Below are positions 44,565 through 53,301 of a DNA stretch of 64,000 bases, piece after piece. Every line of letters begins with the position of its first letter. The first letter of the stretch is position 1. Made by a program: the position numbers and the translations under genes. Origin of the DNA: a virus (lineage: Duplodnaviria; Caudoviricetes). Under the pieces are notes generated by a model. It did not search any database and was not told the origin of the DNA. It saw only the letters and a program-made list of their open reading frames with translations. The stretch is from IMG/VR virus record IMGVR_UViG_3300037471_000808, positions 5,563-69,562 of that record. The stretch is one strand, 5' to 3'.

Positions 44565-45214
44565 ACCAAGGCCTCCAGCAGTTCGTTGGTCAGCGCCCGG
44601 CGCTCGGCCAGGCCATTGTTGCCGCCGTTGACGGCGCGCGAGACCGCGTCGGTCTCGCCGGCCTCGGCCAGCGCGTTGAGCGAGTGGCCAAGTCCGTTGC
44701 CGACGTGCCAGAACCAGCCGGCCGCCAGGCACCCAGCCTCCGGCTGCTCGAGCATCTCGGGCGAGTTGACCAGGTCGATGCCGAGCAGCGCGCCGCAGCG
44801 CGCGTAGTTGTCCTTGCCGGTCAGCTGGATCGGGCCGCGGCCGCGGTAGCGCCAGCCGTCGTCCGAGTGGATCGGCCCGTTACCCATCCGGCTGCCGTAG
44901 GCGATGTTGGCGATCATGCGCTGGTCGGCCGGGTGGGCGGCGGTGCGCCCGTACTGCGCCGCCAGCGCGGGCGTGAAGCGCTGGGCCTTCGGCGTGTTGA
45001 AGGTGGCCAGCAGGGCGGCCGCGCTGTAGTTCAGATTCTCGACCAGCCGCGTCAGGTTGCCCGACTCGTGCAGCAGCTGGGCGACGAAGTGGGCCTGCTG
45101 GCGCGGCGTGGCGATCTCGAAGCGGCGCATCGCCGCAGTGATCGCCGGCAGCCACAGGCCAGCGCGGGCCGCGCCCAGCGATGGCACCGCGCGCAGCAGC
45201 TGGGCGTCGTTCAT
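44561..45214 (-). CDS. endolysin, glycoside hydrolase family 19
   Basis: AQLLHES, ENLNYS, DGWRYRGRGPIQLTGKDNY, VNGG.NG; ATG 45214. Confidence 0.93.
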   Translation of the reverse strand: MNDAQLLRAVPSLGAARAGLWLPAITAAMRRFEIATPRQQAHFVAQLLHESGNLTRLVENLNYSAAALLATFNTPKAQRFTPALAAQYGRTAAHPADQRMIANIAYGSRMGNGPIHSDDGWRYRGRGPIQLTGKDNYARCGALLGIDLVNSPEMLEQPEAGCLAAGWFWHVGNGLGHSLNALAEAGETDAVSRAVNGGNNGLAERRALTNELLEALV

Positions 45215-45444
45215 TCTCTGTGGGTGCGGCGCACGCTGGCCGCCATGTTGTAGACCACCGCGGCGAAGCCGACCGCCTTGTAGATGTTCTCGGGCAGGTA
45301 CGGCGCCAAGTTCGGCAGGTTGGTGTTGACCGCGTTCATGATGTCGGCGGAAAACGGCAGCATCGCGACCAGGGTCGCGTTGACCCAGGTGGTCACGCGG
45401 CGCAGCTCGGCGACGACGGTGTCTTTCAGGGTTTGCAGGGTCAT
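45211..45444 (-). CDS. holin-like membrane protein
   Basis: Hydrophobic 77 aa directly before the endolysin; ATG 45444. Confidence 0.7.
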   Translation of the reverse strand: MTLQTLKDTVVAELRRVTTWVNATLVAMLPFSADIMNAVNTNLPNLAPYLPENIYKAVGFAAVVYNMAASVRRTHRE

Positions 45445-45674
45445 GACGAGACTCCTTTGCGGGCACGCCGGCGAGCCAGCCAGGCCTGCACGGTGGCGGT
45501 TTCGTACAGCCGGATCAACGACCACAGCAGGGTGATGATCGTCGTCACGCCCGGGATCAGCTGGAACAGCGCCGTGATCAGCAGCCCGATCGAGGCGACG
45601 TCCAGGTGCGGCTTGATCGGCTCAAGGCTCTCCCAGAAGGTCTCGGCAGTGTGTTTGAGTTCGCCCAGCGTCAT
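45441..45674 (-). CDS. second holin/antiholin-like membrane protein
   Basis: DVASIG...TIITLLWSLIRLYET, basic C-terminal tail. Confidence 0.7.
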   Translation of the reverse strand: MTLGELKHTAETFWESLEPIKPHLDVASIGLLITALFQLIPGVTTIITLLWSLIRLYETATVQAWLARRRARKGVSS

Positions 45675-45766
45675 GCGCGCGCCTCCAGGTCGTTGTCGAA
45701 CAGCTCGGTTAAGAACGCGCGAAGCATTTCGCCCCAGAACTGCGGCATGAGCACCAAGATCTCCAT
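45671..45766 (-). CDS. 31-aa leader ORF of the lysis cassette, not in the ORF track
   Basis: MEILVLMPQFWGEMLRAFLTELFDNDLEARA*; SD GAGGG; ATGA overlap. Confidence 0.55.
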   Translation of the reverse strand: MEILVLMPQFWGEMLRAFLTELFDNDLEARA

Positions 45767-45820
45767 GATTTCCCTCAAGAAAAGATGTAGAAATTCTAGG
45801 CGTTATTGAACGTGCCGTCT

Positions 45821-45837
45821 AGCAAATGTTATGCCAG
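45821..45837 (-). promoter_or_regulatory. sigma54 -24/-12 motif upstream of the lysis cassette
   Basis: CTGGCATAACATTTGCT. Confidence 0.7.
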
Positions 45838-45845
45838 GGTAATTC

Positions 45846-46340
45846 TTAGGGGCGAACTTGCAACTTGACGCCGAGGTCCTGCACCAGTTCGCCCGGCGAA
45901 ATCATGCGGCTGTGCTCGGGCCAGCCGGCCTTCTCGAAGATTTGCACCGAGCCGCCCGAGCAGACGATGATCTTGCGCCAGTGGATGAACACCTTCAGTC
46001 CCAGGGCGCACTTCAGACCGATGACGGGAAACGCCAGGAAACCGTACTCGATCGGGGCGGCCAGCCAGTCGTAGACGGCACGCTCGATGTCGGCCCGCGC
46101 CAGGCCGGGCGGCGGGTCGCAGACGTCGAAGCTGGCCAGCTGGGACACGGCGGTCAGGTGGTTGCGCCCGCTGTTCAAGTCCGCCATGAACAGCCGCTCG
46201 CCGAGCCAGACGGCAACACCGGTGTGGGTGTGGGGGTCGCGGGTGAAAGCCTGGGTGGCGCGGCCAATCAGACCGTGCACGTCGCGCGAGGCGATCAGAT
46301 CGCCGGTCTGGATCAGCGGGCGGGCTTCGTCGTAACGCAT
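45846..46340 (-). CDS. permuted papain-like (YiiX/NlpC-P60) amidase-family protein
   Basis: TGDL...HTHTGVAV...VCS...SPGEL (His before Cys). Confidence 0.8.
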   Translation of the reverse strand: MRYDEARPLIQTGDLIASRDVHGLIGRATQAFTRDPHTHTGVAVWLGERLFMADLNSGRNHLTAVSQLASFDVCDPPPGLARADIERAVYDWLAAPIEYGFLAFPVIGLKCALGLKVFIHWRKIIVCSGGSVQIFEKAGWPEHSRMISPGELVQDLGVKLQVRP

Positions 46341-46371
46341 CGCGGCAACCTCCACAGGAAAGTTGCCGGAA

Positions 46372-46400
46372 AGTGTAACATGCGTGTGGGAAATTTTCTA
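46372..46400 (-). promoter_or_regulatory. possible sigma70 / extended -10 promoter
   Basis: TAGAAA-N17-TACACT with TG-N before the -10. Confidence 0.4.
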
Positions 46401-46403
46401 AAA

Positions 46404-46850
46404 TTAAGTTTCGCCGAAGATCGGTGGCCAGCCGGTCGAGAAGTCATAGGCACCGGGATTCGCCGCCTCCAGCAATGCCTGGCGGTGCTGTTCAGCACAG
46501 GCAAAGGTGCCCTGGTCCAGGGTAGCGACCGCCGTAAATATCTGCTGGGCCAGCGCCGGCGTCATCGTCACGAAGTCGCCGGTCATCGTCTTCCACTGCA
46601 GGTCGGCCGGGATACCTGCCCCCATCAGCACCAGCCCAAGCTGCTGGATGCGGCTGGCGTCATCGGAGTGGAACCAGGACCCGCTGACCAGGACGCCGCC
46701 CGCCTTGCGCCGGTCGCGCAGCGACTTGATGGCCTCCCACTGAGCAGCGCGCAGCAGCGGCACATCCGCAGCCGCACGCTGCTGGATCTCCGCTTCCTCC
46801 TCCGGGGTGGCATCGCGGGTGACGCCGTCGGCCATGATCTGGATCGTCAT
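46404..46850 (-). CDS. DUF4376-type tail fibre assembly protein
   Basis: W..IK.LRD.R..GGV...WFHSD..SRIQ...QWKTM.G.FV.M...YDFSTGWP. Confidence 0.85.
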   Translation of the reverse strand: MTIQIMADGVTRDATPEEEAEIQQRAAADVPLLRAAQWEAIKSLRDRRKAGGVLVSGSWFHSDDASRIQQLGLVLMGAGIPADLQWKTMTGDFVTMTPALAQQIFTAVATLDQGTFACAEQHRQALLEAANPGAYDFSTGWPPIFGET

Positions 46851-46860
46851 GTAGTTCCTT

Positions 46861-49200
46861 TTACGAGTTCTTGATGCCGTACACGCGGATGGTGCCGGCG
46901 GTGATGTTGCCGCCGCCAGCAGTGGCTAGGCGGAAGCCGGACATCGCTGCGGACTTGGCATAGGTGCCCTCGCGCCAAACCCCGTCATAGAAGTTAGTGG
47001 CACCGCGCACACCAATCTGTTTTTTGTTCACGCTGTCATTGGCGTTGCGTACTTCAATCGTCACGCTCAGGGTATTGCCGGAACCGATGGTAGTCTCACT
47101 GATGGGCGCATACGCCAGATTGGTGTACTGATTCGTACCGGCAGCGTTGTAGCTATAACAGCCGCCGGTGCTTTCAGCGACGCCCCCGGTGGCGGGGTAC
47201 AGTATAGGCGTAGCAGAGACGGCCAGGGTGAGCCCATGCACCTCGATCACGTACTTGTCGTACGCCGATGTGAAGATGTTCAGGAAATCGATCTGCGCCA
47301 CCGCCGACGACACCGTGGCTTGGCCCAGCAGCACCATCGCGCCGGCCGAAGCAAGGTCCGAGGTCATCGCCACCGTGCCATCCTTGTCCGGGAAGGTGTA
47401 GGTGCGCGCCGCGGTGTTGGTGTTGGTCAGGAACGACGTGAAGGTGTTGGCCGCGTTCTTGAAGTTGATCTTGTAGGAGGTCAGGCCGACGTAGCCGGCC
47501 GAGGTGTCCTGCGAGGCCAGAGTCAGGATCGGGCTGCCCTGGTACTTCCACGAGCCGGTCAGGTTCATGCCGGCGTTGCCGGCCAAGTGCTGGATCTGGC
47601 CGATCGCCACCGTGCCGGCGCTGTTCATGAAGTTGATCGCGTTGGTGTCGGCCACCGACGTCGCCGGCTTGAGGGTGAAGCCGTGCTGGGACCCCTCGCC
47701 AGTGTAGTACAACGTCATCGCGGAAGCGTAGCCAGCGATGGAGGAAGCACCGTTCACCCACACCTGGCTGGTCGTGCGCACACTGCCGGCCACCTGGAGG
47801 GTGGCACCACTGCCGTCATCGGTGCCGGTGCCGACCAGGACCCACTTGGCCAGCATGCTGAGGGTGCCCTGGCCTGCAGTAGCCGTGCCGCCGGACGCCA
47901 CCAGGCGTACGTCGTGGTCGGTGTTGTTGGTCGACGAATGGAAGTCGATGAACGGGGTGCCGGCTGCCGCGCGCCCTTGCTTGCCCAGCTCGATCGAGCC
48001 GTTAGCGTCCGCCCCAAACGACGATTCACCATCGGTACCGGCGCGCGCCGTCAGTGTCGACGTCGTACGCACCGCGCCGCCGATCTGCAGCGCGCTGCTG
48101 CCGTCATCGGTAGTCGTGCCGATCAGCGCGCCGCGCGGATTCAGTCGCATCGCCTCGGCCGTCGTGGCCAGGCTGGCCGAGGCCTTCTGCGACACGAAAA
48201 AGCGCAGGTCGCCGTTAAACGAGCCCGTATTGTAGCTCAGGATCGCGGCCTGCTTGTTGCTGGTGCTGCCGTAGAAGGCCACGCCGCCGTTGCTGTTGGT
48301 CGTGTCCGAGCCAGAGACAAGCCCAAGCTGGACGTCCGGCGTCAGCGTGCCCCCTACCGCCAGTTTGCCGGACAGGCTGCCACCTGCCGCTGGCAACGCG
48401 CCCACGTCGGCCGCCGCCAGCGTCACGTTGCCCGACACCGGACTGATGCTATTGACGGACGACACCGTGCCGGCCCCGTCCGCGCCCTTGGCCGCGGCGA
48501 CGTCCCAGTTGGTGCTGTCCGAGCCGGGCACCGTGGCACCGGCACCGGCCACCTTGCGCCGGTAGGTCGAGCCCGCATTGGTGACCCAGTCGTCGACCGC
48601 GTAGGTGGTGCCCGACACCCAGGCACCCTTCCAGTTCGCGCCCTTGGGCAGGGTCAGGTTCAGGGTCTGGTTCGGCGCGCTGCCGGTGATCGTCGCGGCC
48701 GCCGTCGCCCCGCTGCTCACCGTGCCGATCGCCAGCGTGTTCGGCGCCGCCGTCGGCAGAGTCAGGTTCAGCGTCTGGTTCGGCGCACTGCCGGTGATGG
48801 TGGCTGCGGCCGTGCCGGTGGTGACGGTGCCGATCGTCAGCGTGTTGGCCGGGCCGGTGTTGCCCTGGATGCCCTGGTCACCCTTGGGCAGGGTCAGGTT
48901 CAGGGTCTGGTTCGGCGCGCTGCCGGTGATCGTCGCGGCCGCTGGCGCGCCGTTCGCGCCGGTCGTGACGGTGCCGATCGCCAGGCTGTTGGGCGCTGCG
49001 GTCGGCAGGGTCAGGTTCAGGGTCTGGCTCGGCGCGTTACCGGTAATGGTCGCGGCCGCGGTGCCGGTCGTAACGGTGCCGATCGTCAGCGTGTTGGCCG
49101 GGCCGGTCGGTCCGGGGTCGCCCTTCTGGAGCGTGGCGAGGTTGTCCAGGTAGTTCAGCTGGGTGATGTAGTCCAGCTGGCCGTAATAGAAGCGTGCCAT
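46861..49200 (-). CDS. tail fibre protein
   Basis: Collagen-like triplets, TLNLTLP repeats, VNSISPVSGNVTL, NTAARTYTFPDKDGTVA. Confidence 0.9.
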   Translation of the reverse strand: MARFYYGQLDYITQLNYLDNLATLQKGDPGPTGPANTLTIGTVTTGTAAATITGNAPSQTLNLTLPTAAPNSLAIGTVTTGANGAPAAATITGSAPNQTLNLTLPKGDQGIQGNTGPANTLTIGTVTTGTAAATITGSAPNQTLNLTLPTAAPNTLAIGTVSSGATAAATITGSAPNQTLNLTLPKGANWKGAWVSGTTYAVDDWVTNAGSTYRRKVAGAGATVPGSDSTNWDVAAAKGADGAGTVSSVNSISPVSGNVTLAAADVGALPAAGGSLSGKLAVGGTLTPDVQLGLVSGSDTTNSNGGVAFYGSTSNKQAAILSYNTGSFNGDLRFFVSQKASASLATTAEAMRLNPRGALIGTTTDDGSSALQIGGAVRTTSTLTARAGTDGESSFGADANGSIELGKQGRAAAGTPFIDFHSSTNNTDHDVRLVASGGTATAGQGTLSMLAKWVLVGTGTDDGSGATLQVAGSVRTTSQVWVNGASSIAGYASAMTLYYTGEGSQHGFTLKPATSVADTNAINFMNSAGTVAIGQIQHLAGNAGMNLTGSWKYQGSPILTLASQDTSAGYVGLTSYKINFKNAANTFTSFLTNTNTAARTYTFPDKDGTVAMTSDLASAGAMVLLGQATVSSAVAQIDFLNIFTSAYDKYVIEVHGLTLAVSATPILYPATGGVAESTGGCYSYNAAGTNQYTNLAYAPISETTIGSGNTLSVTIEVRNANDSVNKKQIGVRGATNFYDGVWREGTYAKSAAMSGFRLATAGGGNITAGTIRVYGIKNS
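48641..49122 (-). repeat. 4 x IGTV..G..AAATITG.AP.QTLNLTLP coding repeat arranged as (AB)2
   Basis: Near-identical DNA blocks such as gtcaggttcagggtctggttcggcgcgctgccggtgatcgtcgcggccg. Confidence 0.9.
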
Positions 49201-50622
49201 TTAGACGCTCTCGATCTCAAGGGTCGCCGCGGCGACGTTAAAGAAGGGCAGGGTCATCGCCGGTGTACTGACCAGCTTGCCGTACAGCTGGTGCGCCTGC
49301 TCGCGCGCCGGGTTGGCGTCCTCGGGGAATAGGCTGACGAACACCGGACGGATGATGCCGTTGCCGCGCAATAGCCCGTACAGCGTGGTGGCGTCGGCAA
49401 GCTGCAGCTTCGACATCGACAGTTGCAGCTTGCTGCTGACCGTGCCGGCATCGCTCATCAGGTCGCCCGCGTCGTTGCGGTAGTTCTTGCTGGCGTCGAC
49501 CACCTGCAGCGAGGCACCGTAGTCGGCGTTGCGTTGCGGCTCCCAGTAGGCACCGCACACCAGCCGCGATGCTTCGATGTAGCCGCCCGGGTTGCCAGCG
49601 TCGGTGATCTCGATGCGCAGCGCGCGCACTGCGGCTGGGGCCGGCACCCAAGCCCGCCCGGTCGCGCCGCCGCCATAGGCGTAAGCGTTGGCACCCAGCG
49701 GCGCAGCCCCCCAGTTCCACAGGCCCAGCGGTGGCGCGGCGCATGCCGACACCCAGCCGGTGTTCAAGGCGTACGACTGCCAGCTGTCCATGTAGCCGAG
49801 CGGGCGCGTGGCCGCAGCGGACGTGGTCGGGTAGTAGCTGGTCGGCACCAGGCCGGCCTCGGCTTGTACGCGGGTGGCCAGCACCGACTGCCCGGCAGTG
49901 CTCGATCCTGCTGTGCCGGGATACAGCAGGACGTAGCCGGTACCGCTGGTCTGGTACAGGCGGGTGATCTGCACCAGCGTGTCGTCGGTCGCGGTCAGGC
50001 CGCTGACGTTGAACAGGCCTCCGCTGGAGCGGGACAACGCGCCCGGCCCGGCCAGCACCAACGCGCTGGAGTCGGCATTCGCGCCCCAGCTGGCGGCCGT
50101 GCTGTCATACAGCCCGACGCCGGCGGCACTCACGGTGCCGGCGCGCAGCGCCACGGTCAGCGTGACGTAGGCACCGGCCGCGACCGTGCCCAGGCTGGCA
50201 CCGCGGTTCTCGTTGGTCGAGGACAGCGCCTTGGCCACCTCCTGGTACGGCACCACGCCTGCATAAAATTTGGTCGTCGCGGCCACGCTGGCACCGGACC
50301 AGCCGTAGGCCGTCGACAGGCTTTCCGACCCCGGCACCAGATTGGTGGCCGGGGCCTCGTTGGTGCCGCGCACCCGTACCAGCGCCTGCGACGTCAGGTT
50401 GCAGTAGGCCAGCGCGACGCCAGCGACCATTTCGGCGGTAGTCCAGGACAGGTCCAGCGTCGCGCTGGGCGTGACGCCGGCCGCAGCGCTCGCCGAGCGC
50501 CATACCACCGACTTCATGTCGTTCTTCAGGTTGGCCGGCACCAGCGCGCCGACGCTGGTCGACGCAGTCAGCGCCGTCGCACGGTCGGCGGCATTGTCGT
50601 AGATGACGCGCAGGTTGGGCAT
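49201..50622 (-). CDS. tail tip protein with an inserted beta-rich domain
   Basis: Position in the tail module; NLVPGSE...QAEAG...TSYYPT insert. Confidence 0.75.
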   Translation of the reverse strand: MPNLRVIYDNAADRATALTASTSVGALVPANLKNDMKSVVWRSASAAAGVTPSATLDLSWTTAEMVAGVALAYCNLTSQALVRVRGTNEAPATNLVPGSESLSTAYGWSGASVAATTKFYAGVVPYQEVAKALSSTNENRGASLGTVAAGAYVTLTVALRAGTVSAAGVGLYDSTAASWGANADSSALVLAGPGALSRSSGGLFNVSGLTATDDTLVQITRLYQTSGTGYVLLYPGTAGSSTAGQSVLATRVQAEAGLVPTSYYPTTSAAATRPLGYMDSWQSYALNTGWVSACAAPPLGLWNWGAAPLGANAYAYGGGATGRAWVPAPAAVRALRIEITDAGNPGGYIEASRLVCGAYWEPQRNADYGASLQVVDASKNYRNDAGDLMSDAGTVSSKLQLSMSKLQLADATTLYGLLRGNGIIRPVFVSLFPEDANPAREQAHQLYGKLVSTPAMTLPFFNVAAATLEIESV

Positions 50623-50660
50623 GGCTCTTGCGGTGGATTAAGTTCCGATAGGCAAGAGCA

Positions 50661-50676
50661 TGGCACAATTCTTGCT
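50661..50676 (+). promoter_or_regulatory. sigma54 -24/-12 motif, antisense to the tail genes
   Basis: TGGCACAATTCTTGCT in a 60-bp gap. Confidence 0.55.
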
Positions 50677-50682
50677 CCCGGT

Positions 50683-52266
50683 CTAGGCTTTCCCTTCCAG
50701 CGCCCGCACCCGCGCGGTCAGCTCCTGCACCGCCTGGATCAGCACCGGCACCAGCTCCTCGTAGCGCAGGCTCTGCGCCGAGTCCGGGTCGGCCGGATCG
50801 GCCAGGCACCAGAACGCGGCGTCGCGCGTGCCCAAGGCGACCTTGACCTCCTGCGCCAGCAGGCCGTAGTGGCGGCGCGCGCCGGGGCGCGGCTGCGCCA
50901 CCCACGGCTCGGCACCGGGTGCCCACGGCCCGACCGCCTCGGGGTCGAGCACTTCGGTGTTCTCACCCACCTTCAGCCGGTAGCTGACCGGGCGCAGGCG
51001 CAGCACGAAGTCCAGCCCAAGGTCGGACGGCGCGACGTCGGTCTTCGCGCGCGCGTCCGACGTCACGTTCAGCGCGGTGACCGAATAGATGCCGGCCCAG
51101 GCGCTGCCGGCGCTGCCCAGGTTGTAGGCATTGTTGGCGTCCGGCAGGTGGGTGCCCGAATTGACGCTGTCCATTGTCGCCGTGCCCGACACCAGTAGCG
51201 CGGTGCCGGACGAGGCGAACGCGTACACGCCGGGCGCCGAGCCGCCGGAGCCGAACACGCCCGGGACCGTGTTGACCGCCGACCCGTACACGACCCCGGC
51301 ACCGGAGCCCCCCATCAGCGCGCGCTGGGTGCCGCCAGCATCGTAGAAGGTGATCGCGTTGTTGCTGCCCTCGTTGATCGTGACGCGCTGGCCCGAGGTC
51401 GCGGTCTTGTAGGTCTGGCCGACCATCGTGTCGGCCGCCAGCACCGCGCACGACACGGTGCCGGTCACCAGCAGGTTGCCGCCGATGTAGGCGTCCATCG
51501 TCAGCCACGAGCCGCTCTGGTAATACTTGGTGGTCGAGCTCGAGCCGGTGTACATGCTGACCACGTCCCGGTTGATCGGGCTGGTGCCGGTCACCGACTG
51601 GATCGCCGAAGTGGCAGCGCTGTCGGACCAGCTGCCGGCCACCGCGATGTTGACGGTGCCGCGCGTGCCGTTGCTGCCGTTGCTGCCATTGGTGCCGTCA
51701 GTGGCCTTGCTGATCACCAGCGACGCCGTGAAGTTCTGGCCCAGGTAGGTCACCTGCGCGGTCACGGTAACCGAAGAGCCTGTCACGTTGGCGAATGCCA
51801 GGACCGCAGTGGTGCCGCTGGTGGTCAGGCCGGTGGCGCCGGTCACCGACCAGGTCACCGTGCCGGACAGGTTGGTCAGGATCGCCTTCAGGTTGATCGT
51901 GCTGGGAGAGCCGATGCCGCCCGTGGTGACCTTGAACAGGTAGGCATCGGCGGTCAGGTCCAGCCGCGGCGGCACGCCGCTGCCGATCGCAATGCGCGAA
52001 CCGGACTGCAGCAGGACGTCGCAATCGTTGACAATAGTGCTCAAGTCGGTAATTCCAATCACGTAAGGTCTAAGAATCTCGAGGGCCAGCTGTCCGGAGA
52101 CGGCGCTCGTCACATTCGCCCGCAGCACCTCGACGGAGACCTGGCTGGACGTTGCGCGCGGCTGGGCGGTGCCAAGCGTCTCAAGGGCCAGCTGGGAAGA
52201 TACGGCATGCGGCTGAGCTGTGCCAAGTGTTTCGACGACCAGCTGCGAGGTGAGCGCGCTGGTCAT
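50683..52266 (-). CDS. tail spike/fibre with a C-terminal S74 intramolecular chaperone
   Basis: TSDARAK..V...GL.FVLRLRPVSY...YGL.AQEV...LRYEELVPVLIQAVQEL. Confidence 0.9.
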   Translation of the reverse strand: MTSALTSQLVVETLGTAQPHAVSSQLALETLGTAQPRATSSQVSVEVLRANVTSAVSGQLALEILRPYVIGITDLSTIVNDCDVLLQSGSRIAIGSGVPPRLDLTADAYLFKVTTGGIGSPSTINLKAILTNLSGTVTWSVTGATGLTTSGTTAVLAFANVTGSSVTVTAQVTYLGQNFTASLVISKATDGTNGSNGSNGTRGTVNIAVAGSWSDSAATSAIQSVTGTSPINRDVVSMYTGSSSTTKYYQSGSWLTMDAYIGGNLLVTGTVSCAVLAADTMVGQTYKTATSGQRVTINEGSNNAITFYDAGGTQRALMGGSGAGVVYGSAVNTVPGVFGSGGSAPGVYAFASSGTALLVSGTATMDSVNSGTHLPDANNAYNLGSAGSAWAGIYSVTALNVTSDARAKTDVAPSDLGLDFVLRLRPVSYRLKVGENTEVLDPEAVGPWAPGAEPWVAQPRPGARRHYGLLAQEVKVALGTRDAAFWCLADPADPDSAQSLRYEELVPVLIQAVQELTARVRALEGKA

Positions 52267-52269
52267 GGC

Positions 52270-53301
52270 TTACGCCGTTACGATAGAACCGAACTCAGCT
52301 GCGTTAATCCCAGCCTGGGTCCAGGCGGTGCTGGTGGCCGGGTCGGTCTCGTGCACACTCGACAGGTACAGCGGCGTCGTAGCCAGCGCGGTGCCCGCGC
52401 CCTGCGCGTCCACTCCTCCCGAGCGCACCAGGTTTGCGATACTGCGCCCGCCGGCGTCGTCCTTCCAGGCGTAGTTGTTCACCTGCACGCCAAACACGGT
52501 GGGTGCCGTCAGGTCGGTAAAAGCATAGCTGTCCTTGGCGCCAACCGTGCTGGCGCTGACATAGTCGGTGGCGTTCGGCGCGGTCTCGTCCACCAGCGAC
52601 CAGTGCGCGGTGCCGGTGCTGGGTGCCCAGCTGCTGTACGCACCGTCGGCGTTCGGGTAGAGCGCATCGACTCGGCAGTCGCCCAGAAAATCATTGTTGA
52701 CGCTGCCGGACGTATCGCACAGGTACAGGTCGTCCACGCGCTGGCTATTCCCGCTTGAGCCAACCTGGCCGATCCACAGCTGATTCGCATAAGCGTTGCC
52801 GGTTGCCTTCGTGTCGGCACCGGCGGCCAGCGTAATCGCCGCCACGCCGTTCACGCGCACCACGCAGGCACCGGCCGAGATCGAGTCGCTGATCGTAGCC
52901 TTGATCTCAATGTAGTACCAAGTGCCGATGGCCAGCACCGGGCCAGTGCCAAGCAAAACGTTATTGATCGCGCCCTGCCACAATTTCAGCGTGCCGTCCG
53001 GGGCGGCGGCCAGGGTGAGTTGGGCACTGCCGCCGTCGCCCAGGGCCATCACCATCGCATGCCCGCCGCCGCTGATGCTCGGCAGGTAAAACGCGCAGCC
53101 CGCGACCACGGTCGCGCTGTTGGCGAACGCCTTGATCAAGTACGTGCTGCTGTTGCTGGACGCGACGTAGCAGCCGCCACTGCGGCGCCCGCCGCTAGAG
53201 TTGACCGTGCCGCCGCCGAACCCGGCCCACTTCTTGCTGATGTCGGCCGTGCTGTAATGGTCGAAGCCGTCGATGAAAATGAGTGCCATGCGTGCTCCCA
53301 A
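52270..53301 (-). CDS. virion/tail-associated beta-sandwich protein
   Basis: MALIFIDGFDHY...WYYIEIK...DDLYLCD...FLGDCRV family pattern. Confidence 0.75.
   Translation of the reverse strand: MGARMALIFIDGFDHYSTADISKKWAGFGGGTVNSSGGRRSGGCYVASSNSSTYLIKAFANSATVVAGCAFYLPSISGGGHAMVMALGDGGSAQLTLAAAPDGTLKLWQGAINNVLLGTGPVLAIGTWYYIEIKATISDSISAGACVVRVNGVAAITLAAGADTKATGNAYANQLWIGQVGSSGNSQRVDDLYLCDTSGSVNNDFLGDCRVDALYPNADGAYSSWAPSTGTAHWSLVDETAPNATDYVSASTVGAKDSYAFTDLTAPTVFGVQVNNYAWKDDAGGRSIANLVRSGGVDAQGAGTALATTPLYLSSVHETDPATSTAWTQAGINAAEFGSIVTA

Noticed and set aside
46861-52266. Diversity-generating retroelement acting on the fibres
   Set aside because: No reverse transcriptase in the window and no template/variable repeat pair differing at adenines was seen.
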